A stretch of DNA of 49,537 nt, filler included, from Sphacelaria rigidula (lineage: Eukaryota), in NCBI GenBank assembly GCA_964200075.2. It is 3 parts of 3 records of this genome, joined end to end, with 100 filler letters (N's around TTAATTAATTAA, not from the genome) between each part and the next. Parts side by side here need not be neighbours in the genome. Positions count along the whole stretch, not along the records: positions 33,095 to 49,537 come from CAXNAA020001356.1; 2 more parts are not named here. One strand, written 5' to 3'. The translations under genes were made by a program, and so were the position numbers. How positions within the stretch are numbered: position 1 is the first letter of the stretch; each line of letters opens with the position of its first letter. A model generated the notes under the pieces. The model was given only the letters and a program-made list of their open reading frames with translations. It was not told the origin of the DNA and did not search any database. This document shows, piece after piece, positions 34,720 through 45,982 of the stretch.

Positions 34720-36752
34720 TGGGGTTACCTGTCAACATATGCTACTCATCCTGCTGCTGGACCGCGATTTCAGCCTGGTTGTCGCTTGAAAAACACCACA
34801 GTACTAAGCGAAAAACGTGGCGCGGATGTTCAAAGTATCAAATCCACCTGTAATTCGAATACTTCCCGAGCTACCAGACCAACCGATATGGTCGTCTGTT
34901 AGTTGTCGGCCGGTGACGGAAGTGCTTGCCACGGTGTCAGTCATCATCTACGAAAAGCTCATAAACCGCTATATATCGATTGGTCTCCTAGCTCGGTGAA
35001 GTCACGTGAAAATACTAGCGCGCCGGGGACTCTCAGGGTCCCTCAGTTGTCATTGACCTCCATAAACACTCCACTTGAGTCGAGGAGAGCGCGCTTGCCC
35101 TGACAAACTTGCGGCAAGGCGCCTCTGGATCGGTAACCGATTACGTTACGCGATTTCATCTTCGCTTCTTGTGTTCTAGAAGTGACGTTAGATCCTGGGA
35201 CAGACGCGTAACAGACGTAACTTGGCCTTGCGGGCGCAAGCATGCTGATCTGGCTTAGTGACAGGTCTGTGCCAAAAACACTCGCGAAGGGGCTATTGTA
35301 GGCTCGTTGCCTCGCCCTACTATTCGCCCCTCGACTCGGTTATCCTTGGCCACAACCTCGACATCGAGTGAAACCTCAGGAACCTCGACACTTGTTCCTC
35401 ACGAGAGGAATCTCACCTCGTTTTCCGGTCAACGCGTATCAGTGAGGTGATGGAGTAGGTCCTTATATCGGGGACACCATCATTGATACCGTAAAAAAAT
35501 GTACCAAATTCTTGACGAACGAGACACATCGCAAACAACTGCTTGGTGGTCGGGGGTGGAGGTGGAATCAATAATCGCTTCAGAGACGGGCTCGCATATT
35601 TGCGGGGACAACGCAGTCCGGAGGAAGACGTACTCATGTGTCACGATCGAGAACGAGAGATGTGAGCCGGAATACACGCCGACTGCCCACACCAAGTGTG
35701 TTTTTGGCTCAGCGCACCATTATTAATCATGGGTTTGGGCATGGCACCAAATCGCGACGCTGCGTGTGCTGTGAGTTACGATCCGTCGACGGATAATGAG
35801 CAACCGCAGTCCATATCACAGCACCAGACGCTTGTCATCTCTTTTTGTACCGACAAGGCATCATCATTGCGGTACAAATCGCGTTTCGTACTATCAGAGG
35901 TTTTATATCCCTCGTACGTGCACCCCGAGTCGTCTGGCTTGTCCTGAGGCTCGGGCGCAGCGGGGGATTTGGCGAGAGGCGGAGCATTGCGGCGTACAAG
36001 AACCTGCTGCTGAGTCGGGATGTTGGCGCGTTCTAAGCAAAAAAAAAGAAAGCACGACACCGCTGAACCTACGTCTCACCGCCGCTCTCAATGGAAATCT
36101 GTTACACGACATCAACCGAAAACACGCCTCGGATACACCTGTCACTTAACGCTCGTCATTTTACCGTATTGACCGACCATCACGCTCTCAGACGCTGTGG
36201 TACTACAGATGTGGTACTCGAGGTAGCGAGCACATTCATCTCCCGTGAGGTGTCGCGTGTATAACCACCGAGATTTGGAGGTGCAATTGAGCGACTTGAA
36301 ACTCTTCCCCGTCTGGGTGTTTGGTCGCAGTTGTTACATGGTTCAGCAGATGTAGCAGTGGTGTACAGTTTGCACGTCGGTGGGACGGTACAGACAGGCA
36401 GTACACGTACAGGTACAGCATAGTAAGCAAATGCCTCAAGCTTGCCTCAAGTCACCCAGGGTACTGTCTGCACATGGGGCGTGTCACAAGGGTGGCATTA
36501 GGCGGTATTGTACTGACGGTACTGTTCTCGTGTCATCGTACTGCTTGCTGGTCGCTAATACTTTTCAGGCCCCAGTCGTAACGCCTAAAGTTTGCACAGA
36601 TGATTGCAGCCCCGCTATCAATTTATCGGGGTTTTGCGGACACCTTCTGCGCAAAGGAGCATACTTGGTGCCAACTGCACGGAATTATGGTAACAGTTCC
36701 TCGACAACGCAGGAACACTACTGCGTGCGGTCTACTGTACTGACGAGCTCAC

Positions 36753-37130
36753 CTCTGCGCACCGCTTGGTAACGATCACCTCATCCCCAAATAGAGGAGA
36801 CGGGCCACTACTTCCGGAAGCACCATGACTTGCCGCTGCCGCGGCAGAAAACTCACGATATCGCAAAGGCTTCCAATTCTCCCTCGACCCTCGAAGGTTT
36901 GCTACTCTCCCCACTGGTACGGTTCGTCGTCGCTGTGCTATTGATGCAACATCGTCACGTCGGCACATAGGCCGGCATTTGCTGCTGGTAGCAGTTGAGA
37001 TTCCTTCAGCTGATATGATGTCAAGCTTCGGTGTTCGAGAAGCTTGTCGGCCTAATGCGATTCCTAGGGCAGTCTTCGACGTCGAAGCACTGAACGCCAT
37101 TCTACGTAAGGAAATCAGTGGTGCTACCAT
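36753..37130 (-). CDS. First exon of a probable mitochondrion-targeted protein, possibly IscA/ISCA2-like Fe-S assembly protein
   Basis: ATG at 37130, 126 codons, R/S/A-rich N-terminus, ending DEVIVTKRCAE at a strong donor GAG|GTGAGC; this resembles the IscA start IxLTxxCxxR. Downstream exons (GGCSG, CGC) not found. Confidence 0.45.
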
Positions 37131-37705
37131 AGTGCTGAGCTAGCCAAAGCGCGATGGTGGCGCGCACGAACGTGCGGACTCTCTGCTGTTATGCGGCGAA
37201 GCTCCGAAGAGGCATATATGTGGGTGCGAACAAACTAAAACAAAAGCTAGAAAACACATTTCCCACACTAGGTTCCACTTCAAGTCAGTTCCCGTTGACC
37301 GCTGCGTGAGTAGTTACATAACAGGACGAGAGAAGACATTACCTTTAACTTGCATTGTGTACACCCCCTGACCATCAGTTGGGAAGATATGCAGTCGCCT
37401 TGCTGTGGTAAGCAATGGATCGGGAAAAAGTAAGCCATATTGATATAGCGCGATGTTGTGTATATTTGCTCTCCAAAATATATATTGTACTGTGCTCAAG
37501 AGTAGTACAAGTCCACGTTTCGTGACCTCATGAAAAAAATTGGTGGTCACTTAGTAGTTCGTGGAGATTGCATTCATACAGGCACCAAGAAAAGGACTGC
37601 CGTGAAATTGGGAGGCAGAATACACCGGGGTTAACGAAGGGTTCCAATGTTTGAATTTAGAGCTTTTCCGTGGGGGAGCACCAATATTTTCCGCTCGCGG
37701 AGGAT

Positions 37706-38948
37706 TGCTACGGTAGGGGTGCACCAATATTTTCTGAGGTAAGAATAATAATTGTTGTTGGGAGCCCTTTATCTCATGCAAAACGCGACCTATGAAAATA
37801 TGTAAAAGTACGCCAGGATTACTATTCCAATGTGCTAGGGATATCCCGAATGAATTTGCAAACGGATGCCCTGACCCCTATTCTCGTGAATCTAGAATCG
37901 TTAGGAGCCCCTGAGCCAGACAAGATTTTGGGCAAAAAGTGCGTCCCTAACCTAGCATTGCTCAGCGGGGGCGAGAACAGATCCGCCTCTCACGTCCGGA
38001 TTCCCCGCGAGTCGTTTATTTCCCGAAGTTCGCAGCGCTATATCCTCTACTAATAATACTACCCCTTTCCATGGAAACGCGAGGGTGGGATATGAAGGAC
38101 CACGGCCACAAGCAGCAGTAATTCTGGGTATATGCGATGGAACATGAGGGTGCTTGGTAGCAACAGACCAATGCTACGGTAGGGGTGCACTTTTTTCGCG
38201 AAATTTTGTCTGGTTCAGGGGCTCCTCACTCTTCTAGAAGACGCACAAGAATATGGGCCANNNNNNNNNNAGTCGTGTTTTGGATGAGATGAAGGGCTCC
38301 TAACAAACCTAACCTTAGAAATTATTTGTGTACCCCTACCGTAGCATCACTCAACAATCAGTTTAGTCAACATCATCATCAGGAAGTACCTAATGTTCAA
38401 GCATAATTTTTTATAACTTTCTGGGTGCGGTCAGAAGTTGAGATTTCCTTCGAGAGAGGATGGGGAGTCCAAACTTCCCATCTAAATGGACACTTTGAGT
38501 GGTGCTGCGGTATGGATGCACAACTTTTTTTTGAGGTTCGAATTGTTAGGAGATCTCCATCTTATCCCGAAAAACGACTCATGAGACATGCCAGGGCAGG
38601 TCGTGGAGAGTATACTCAATTGCGGGGTATTTTGAAAGACGTTCTTGGGGTACTCAAGTTGGGGTAGAGTGTTGGGAGTCGTACCCAAAATATAGCTGGG
38701 AAGCGATTCCTGAAATTCTACCCCCAATTTGTGTACTTTAAGTGCGAGTATACTCTACTCGACCTACCCTTGGAGATATGTATGGTACTGTGGAGCACGC
38801 CATGATTGGCGTTTCAATTGGGCTAGGGAGATCCCGAATGGAATTGAAAACGGGAACGTCCTGACCCATATTCATGTGAAACTCCTAACTTGAGGAACCC
38901 CCGAATGAGAAATATCTGGCCCCGAAATGTGCAACCCCTACCGTAGCA
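37706..38948. mobile_element. Cluster of three ~250-bp MITE copies with TIR TGCTACGGTAGGGG
   Basis: Copy 1 at 37706-37957, copy 2 inverted at 38172-38346 (10-N gap inside), copy 3 right half at ~38800-38948 ending CCCCTACCGTAGCA. Confidence 0.75.
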
Positions 38949-39537
38949 TCACTTGCAAAACAACACTAGTGCGAGCGACTAGTATGGACGTCACCCATAC
39001 ACCATGAAGTGCGGTATCAAGAGGCACCACACACGTGTAAGACTCTCACCGTCGGTCCCGAACGACAGTATAGAGGTGACCTCCAAGTTTGAAATGTTTT
39101 GAACGATGCGCATGTCTGCGCCAATGATGACACTTGGCAACAATAGTAGTAGTCGAAGAGTCATGCGTCAACGTATCGTGGTACGTCCTAGACACATGTT
39201 GCACTCAAATGAAGTGTTTTTGCGTGCGAACTTTGGAACAAATGCTGGGGTTGGCCGAGCAATATGGTTTCAGTTGCTGGGCATGAAAGATAGCAACGCA
39301 TACTGTTATACGCCGTCAAGATGTAGGGCGCGTAAGGGATGCATGCTACGTGCGCGCGTAGGCGATGTATATGCTGCATGCTTCAGATATAATGACTGAA
39401 TATTTCGCTATGTTGATGATGTTTGCGCACTTTCGAGTGCGCTCAGGTAGTGGGACGCCGTAAGTTCTCACGCGCAGAATGGGGAACCTCGCGATCAGCG
39501 CACTTCGTCTGTCAACTCTTGTCCCCACCCGCTAGTA

Positions 39538-39965
39538 ACACGGGATCTTACAAATTGGGGATGAGAGACCTGGAGAATGAAAATCTTCGTATCCACACAA
39601 AATCTTCGAAATATATATGGTTCCATTCCTTCGCCTGCTGATAGCTATTGACAACTACTACACGCCGTACAAATTTGGATCTCGATCACCGAAATGTTGG
39701 GATCCTAGGTGAAGAACCAATTTTGGGGAATTTTAAGTGTCCGAACGGACACCAAAATGGTTCCGAAATTGTTTTTTCGCCTGGGGCCGCAACGTTTCGG
39801 TGATCGAAATTCAAATTTCCATGGCGTGTAGCAGTTGTCAATAGCTGTTAGTAGGTGAAGAAATGGAACCATATTTCGAAGATTTGGTGTGGATACTAAG
39901 ATTTGAATTCTCCGGGTTTCTCATCCCTAATAAAAGATCCATCCCCAATTTGTAAGATCCCGTGT
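39538..39965. mobile_element. MITE with ~165-bp TIRs
   Basis: ACACGGGATCTTACAAATTGGGGATG at left, CATCCCCAATTTGTAAGATCCCGTGT at right; pairing continues to TCGATCACCGAAA / TTTCGGTGATCGA. Confidence 0.8.
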
Positions 39966-41036
39966 TTAGTGTCGACTGCGCAATTTTACTAAAAATACAC
40001 ATGTCGCGAGTTTTGATGCTCCTCTGCGACCTGCCGACGAACATCGATAAAATCATGAATAGCAGCCATGCAAAGTCCGATACAGGCTATGTTCACATCC
40101 TGAAGATACCACGAGTCCCCCCTGGAAATCTCACAGATTCCGTAAATCTCACAGCCACCAGCAACGATCCATGGGGCTGCAGTTATTAAAAGATGAGAAA
40201 CAGACCCAGCCCGCAACCGAGAAACATGGAGACGAGACAGTACCGCTTGACCGAAAAACTACTCAAGAAACGGAGCTCGAAGTCCATCACAAGATGAGAA
40301 ATAACCAAATAGGAAATGACCCAATCCTGGCGGCAAGCCGGTCACGTTGACAGTGAAAACCAAGCAAAGGTTCGTATACAAGGGCGATCGGCGATACTAT
40401 CACACCGCGGGTAATCATATTAGTTCAGACCCTGGCCCGCGGCACGGAATGGGCGGACCGTTCACGCAGCCAAATGCGTAGGTATTGGCAAATGGCTCAA
40501 GTCGCAACGGTGGCTTGTTCCTATCTTCTGGTCATGGAATGCGCGCCTGCGCTCCAGGATGCATCCTGCGTGAATCAAGGGGCCAATGGAGTACAAATGG
40601 ACGTGCAGGCAGTGCCGCTTTCAGTTTCGTTGGCGTTTCTCGGAGTTCAGGGAAGAAGCAATGGAAGGTTGAGCTTGGCACCCGAGACCGGTGGATCTTA
40701 CACAATGCAGCTAGTACCGTTGGGCATGACACTTCGCGACTAGGCAAACTCTTGGTTCTGCGGAATCATACGAACACAGGTCTCACTTGTCGCCAGGATA
40801 GCGCGACCATCAGGTTCCTGGATGTCTTGCTAGAATCGAGACGATGAATGCCGGAGCATTATATCAATGCCTGCAATATTCACCTGGTCTTGGGGACCAC
40901 TCCCGCCTTCCATCAGTCAGCTCAAGACCACCAGTGCTCGAATTTCTTTCAATTCGTACGAAAGGAATCGAGGACTCGTCAAGACTACACACCAGCTGTC
41001 TCGCGGGGTGAGGTCATGGCGCACTACTCTCCACCA

Positions 41037-42817
41037 TCAGACGGCCTCAATCCGACCTAGTATGAACTGTATAGCAGGCTTGACCGTCTGGCCGCAACTG
41101 CAAGCCGTGCCTTGTAGACTCCATGCCCCGAGCTTGCTGCCGCAACTCGATCCATTTCTGCCCAGACAGATGACCTTACCCGAGCACTCGCCTCGGGATA
41201 GACCTCCGTCGGCACCCGTCATTCCGATCCAAGGCAACCCCTCTGTAAACACCGACGTGCAAGTGCCACCGGTAGTCCCTGGCCTACCACGACCGTTGCG
41301 AGAGGACTGACCCTTAATTTTATGGTCTCTTGACTTCATAGGTGCATTGGTGGTGGATGCGGCGGACGCAGCATCTCTTGCCGCAAGCCAGGAGCTTCCA
41401 TCTCCATGCTTGGCAATGGCTTCGTATGTTGTCCCGCTGGCGGCAAGGACAACTGGATGCACGTGATCGATTACGTTACGGCAAGTGAATAGAGTCGCGC
41501 GGCACGCCTTGCATCGATAGCTCCTTATCTTCGCCCTCAATCCTGTCGCAGCAGTTGGACTTTCTTGCGCCGGGCCAGCATCATTCTCTCCTGACTTCAG
41601 CCAATCTGGAGCGGAGCCTGACGGGACATATCCACCGTATTTTCTCAAAGCATTAGCAAGAAGGAACCAGCGGTACGTGGCATCAGCCGTGAGCACTGTC
41701 GGTGGACCATCGCCTGCCGTTAATCTGCAGTTCATGTCCTGATATAGCGCAAGTTGCGCCTGAAACCCAGGATTGATGCTGACTGTTGGCTGGGCGGCAC
41801 GGGTCAACTCCATAGCCTCCACCAGGGAAAACCTCCTGTGCTTCATCAAATAGGCGACAACAACTGAGAAGTAACGGGCGTAGAGAGAAGCACGGGACGG
41901 AATAAATTACGGCGGTGAACGATCTCCGATGGTGCTAACGCGCTATTAGTAGGGCATCCAGCTTTAAGGCGTTGTGCTGTAAGATAGGGTGAACGACGAT
42001 TCCGGCTAATAGATTTTCGGGAGCCCAAACCGTATCACCCGAGGTTGGCACTTTGAGGGTGGTATACCACGTAATCCTGCATCGTGTAAGTGCCACCGTA
42101 GTGCGACTAACAGCCGAAAACTCATCACCCGAGGACGCTATTCAAGAAGGGGTCATTTTGTACGCGCATGTGTCGTAGGAAAAGCGTTGCACGATATTTC
42201 CATGAAGTTGTAGATACTGAAGATATCCTCGCGTGCGTGCCGAATCAACATCGAACCAGAATAGACAGGCCTGCTTTTCAAGTTACTGGAGTTCGATATA
42301 CAGCCAGTGCCTAAAGATGGGCCGTTTATTCCACCATTATACAACAGCATAGGGGCTACTCGTGCAGAAAACTGTGCGGGCACCTTTAACATCTCTCGCA
42401 GTCCCTCTTATCCTACTGACGTGTTGAACGTATGAGTACCCAGCAGTACATACCGGTGACGCTCCTGCTCTGCGCGAAAACGCAGTTGACCAGAACGTTT
42501 TGTCCCTTCCTTATCCCAGCCTCAATGAACGACATGCACTCATCGAGATGAGCCAGTAAATTCGCCGACGGCGTGTCCAGCACGGGGATCTCTAGGTAGG
42601 AAAATTCGCCAGGGTGGAACTGCGGCGTGCCAACGCACAAGACCCGTGATACTCGATTTCGCCGCAACAGTACCGCATCCTGAGCCGCCCGTTGTGTGCC
42701 GAGAAATAGTTGGCCTTCAAGACCTTGGTTCGTGTTTGCTTCTCCTGTCGAGATCAGATGGATTCCTTCATCACCGTTATCAAGTGGCACAGCCACCTGG
42801 GAAATTGCTGCTGACAT
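41037..42817 (-). CDS. DUSP12: Dual-specificity phosphatase YVH1/DUSP12 family with C-terminal zinc-binding domain, ~396 aa
   Basis: Exons 42817-42454 and 41863-41037 (phase-1 GT-AG intron, 1191 nt in total). LFLG, VLDTPSANLL, VLVNCVFAQSRS, VAYLM, INPGFQAQL, then YRCKACR...C...CGSKLGAWSLQGTACSCG. Confidence 0.9.
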
Positions 42818-43208
42818 TGAAAGTTCCGACCACGAGAGATCGTGTAGAAACTGAATACCTACAGCAGTTGTTTGAAATGATGGATTTCCGACAACTCGTT
42901 CTCGTTATCAGTATCGATGGTAGCACACAAGTAGCACAAGCACAACTCATCACCGGTGACTGCCGCTTGAGTAACAGGCACTGCAGCCACAGCAACACTG
43001 CGGGGTAATAAGTATGGAAGATGACCACAAATATCAAGTCATTGTCTGTATTTCATCCGCTCGGCTTTTTCCTTCGGTTGAAACTTTAATTTGAAAAACA
43101 GGCACCGACTTATGCCAACGAGGTGTTGGCTGCGGTCAGCGGTCGGGGGACGATCACAACGATTTTTTTACTCTACGCATATTCTTGTGTGGGGGAATAA
43201 TCACAACG

Positions 43209-43399
43209 ATGTCCCATAACGTACACTATGCCGGCAACGACCGTCATCACGCGGAGGTGGATGTGGAGATAGATCTTGGACCTGACCCGCATAGCAGCTC
43301 AGCTGTCCGTGGCCCCGATTCGAGTCATAGTAGTCAGCAAGACCGTGCTTTTCGGAGAGGGGAGCGTTGTGGGCATTGCTTTCGTCGTCGTTGGATCAG
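43209..43399 (+). CDS. Possible first exon of an unknown gene divergent from DUSP12
   Basis: ATG, 63 protein-like codons (MSHNVHYAGNDRHHAEVDVEIDLGPDP...RRRWI), then AG|GTGGG; no downstream exon could be linked. Confidence 0.25.
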
Positions 43400-44070
43400 G
43401 TGGGCATTATGTCGACATTCGAGCCTCCATGCTGTAGGTTTGCAGGTTCTGTACTTGTGGAAGTGTTCAACATTTTTTGGGCGAAACCGCCTTTCGGAAC
43501 AATATTACCGTCCGTAGTACCGGATCGAATTGCAGCTGAGGGGTAATGTATTGTAATGTGTGAGACATCCCGTGACTTCACATGAGACGGATATTCTTGG
43601 CGGGGTGATTCAACCCCAAAAGTAATCTGATGGACCAAATACTTGACTAGGATCACCTCTTGCAATCTTTCGGGAGGATGATCTGCCCAGATCGCTGGCA
43701 CTGAGATCGCCTATAATAGTTTTTGTTTCGAGCTGTCTCGCCGATTTGAATGTCAGAGTATTATTTCAGGTCCCCTCGACCCCTCCATCTCGTGAATGGT
43801 CGTTAGAGCGGCGTTTGGTGTCGTAGCGGTAAGATGCTTGAGTATGTCCGCCGAACATCCTGCTCCAGAATTCGTAGTCGTTTCGCCGCACAACTCATCA
43901 CAGAACGATACTGTAACGGGGCACAGCTCCACGAGCCAACGTATTGACATCATCGTGGCAGCAGTCGAGATACTGCATTTGGCCCCAACCTCTACAGTAT
44001 CTTCCTCTCGGGTAATGTTCTTTTATTTGTTTACAATTATTTATCTTTTTATATATTTACTAATTCATTT

Positions 44071-44215
44071 TACCTGGCACAATTTCAACCCCTCCCCTTC
44101 CTCGGGACGAGTCCGTGGTCTTGGGGGAATTGCTCATCTGTCACGGTCCACTCCTTATAACTTGGTATCGCGGATTGGATCATGACCATCAGCACTCCCG
44201 CACCGCGTCGACTTT
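44071..44215 (-). mobile_element. Partial SINE copy with an AT-rich tail
   Basis: TTCAACCCCTCCCCTTCCTCGGGACGAGTCCGTGGTC...GGTATCGCGGATTGGATCATGACCATCAGCAC matches 827-950. Confidence 0.7.
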
Positions 44216-44643
44216 TGTCAAATAGTTTATTTTTGCTGTTCACGTTCTCACGTTCTTAGACCAACTCTTATGGGAGTCGTTCAAAATTTTATTTTTCAAT
44301 AACTTCAAACGCGTTTTTTTTCCGCCACGATTCTGAACCGGGGTCAACATGGACACTACTATGGCCTAAAATTTGGAGTTGTACATGGATATTTAAGTTG
44401 GCGTGACCGAGGAGGTGTGCATCTCTACAACAGCATCCCAAGAAGATATATATCAGAAGGCGGCATTTTGACGAAACAAGGAAGGTGGTAATCATTTTGT
44501 GATACAGGTATATAGTGATGGTGACGTGACGGTTCACAAATTCATTTTCACTAGGAATCACACACCGTTCCAATGTAGGGGGGACGACGAGTGATATCAT
44601 GACGAAAACAGCACACGAATAGACCAGCGACCTCAGGCAGGGC

Positions 44644-45555
44644 GGCAATCACGCGCAAGGGTGTATAGGTATTGTCGCGGGTCGAAATGCGGATGGCCTC
44701 CCGCTCGAGAAGGAGAAAAAGCAATAGCAACAGCAGCAGCAGCAGCAGCGTTACTACCAGTGGATATATACGGCTGTGGGTGGGTTTGAATCAGCCGGTG
44801 CCGATACTGCTGCTGCTGCTGCTGCTGTTGCTGCTCTTCCTCGGGCGAGAAACGGTCCGCGTTTTGATAGTGCGACAACGCCCACGCACGTTGCCCGTGA
44901 TGGCCGCCGTGCTGGAAAGCGCTAGTGCGTACTACGCGCCGATGGGTCCATGCTTCCTCACTTGGCTCAGTTTTGGGATAAATAGCAGTGCGAATATCTC
45001 TGTGGTAGCTGTGCACGTCGAGTGTGTCTCACACGCGTTGTTATCGCTGGTGATGGGAATAAAGCCAGCGTCCACTACAGGAAAAACAAGTGATACGTAC
45101 TGCAAATGCAGTGGGGGTGACAACGACAATTGATTCGAAGCACTGTAGAGAGGCAATAACGCGCCGGGTGGTGGACATTGTCACGGGTCGAAACACTAAC
45201 CGCGTCTACCACACGAAAAGGAGAAAGAGCATTAACAGCAGCAGCTTTACTGCCAGTAGATGTGTACGGCTGGGGGTGGATCTCAATCAACCGGTGTCAA
45301 TACTGCTGTTGCTGCTACTGTCGCTGCTCTTCCTCGTGCGAGAGACTGTCCGCGTTTCGATCATGCGACAACGCCCACTCACCTTGCGCGTGATAGCCAC
45401 CGTGCTGGAAAGTGCTAGTCCGTACTACCCGCCGATGGGCCCATGCTTGCTCACTCGGCGAAGTGCTGGGAGATATAACTGTGAGCACCTCTCTGTGGGA
45501 GCTGTGCACGACGAGTGCGTCTCGCACGCGTGGCTACTGCTGGTGATGGAAACCA
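44644..45555. repeat. Two-copy tandem duplication, period ~508 bp, containing (CAG)n and (CTG)n tracts
   Basis: 44644-45060 aligns with 45152-45555, e.g. CCGTGCTGGAAAG.GCTAGT.CGTACTAC.CGCCGATGGG in both. Confidence 0.85.
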
Positions 45556-45829
45556 GCTGCGCGCCCATGAGTAGTCACGTGACTTTTATGCTTCGTGTCA
45601 GCAACATTGCATTTTCAACTTCGGCAAGACAGCACTGCTTGCCAACTGCAGTTGTTCGGAATGCAATAGTAGTACAGCAGCTCAGGTGATCCAGCAGAGA
45701 CGAGACAGGTTTGGCAAAGTTTAAATACACGATTGTGCAGTGACAGATGCAGCAGCACATGAGAGAGCCGTCTGCGTGTGCTGCTGTACAACAAAACATG
45801 ACATGTCCCATCTTACTTCTTGTGCCAAC

Positions 45830-45982
45830 TTTTGAACAGGTGCTCAAGCGTTCAGAATCGTCACCCGATTCTGAACGCTTGGCCAAAATTTTGCACTTTT
45901 TGGGGTCCGTTCAAAATTTTGGAGGTCAAAATCTTGACGAGTTTGTTCCATAATGGTCGGTTTCGTGACCACCTGTTCAAAA
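45830..45982. mobile_element. Small palindromic element with 13-bp TIRs and an internal perfect hairpin
   Basis: TTTTGAACAGGTG / CACCTGTTCAAAA; 16-bp stem CAAGCGTTCAGAATCG-TCACC-CGATTCTGAACGCTTG at 45845-45881. Confidence 0.6.

Noticed and set aside
35413-36145. Minus-strand ORFs as downstream IscA exons or a final AMPD exon
   Set aside because: No GGCSGFQY or CGCG motif (only a 19-nt ISIESG segment that could not be linked in frame), and AMPD is on a different contig.
40474-41030. Short plus-strand ORFs downstream of DUSP12
   Set aside because: No recognisable motifs; most simply antisense to the DUSP12 3' UTR.
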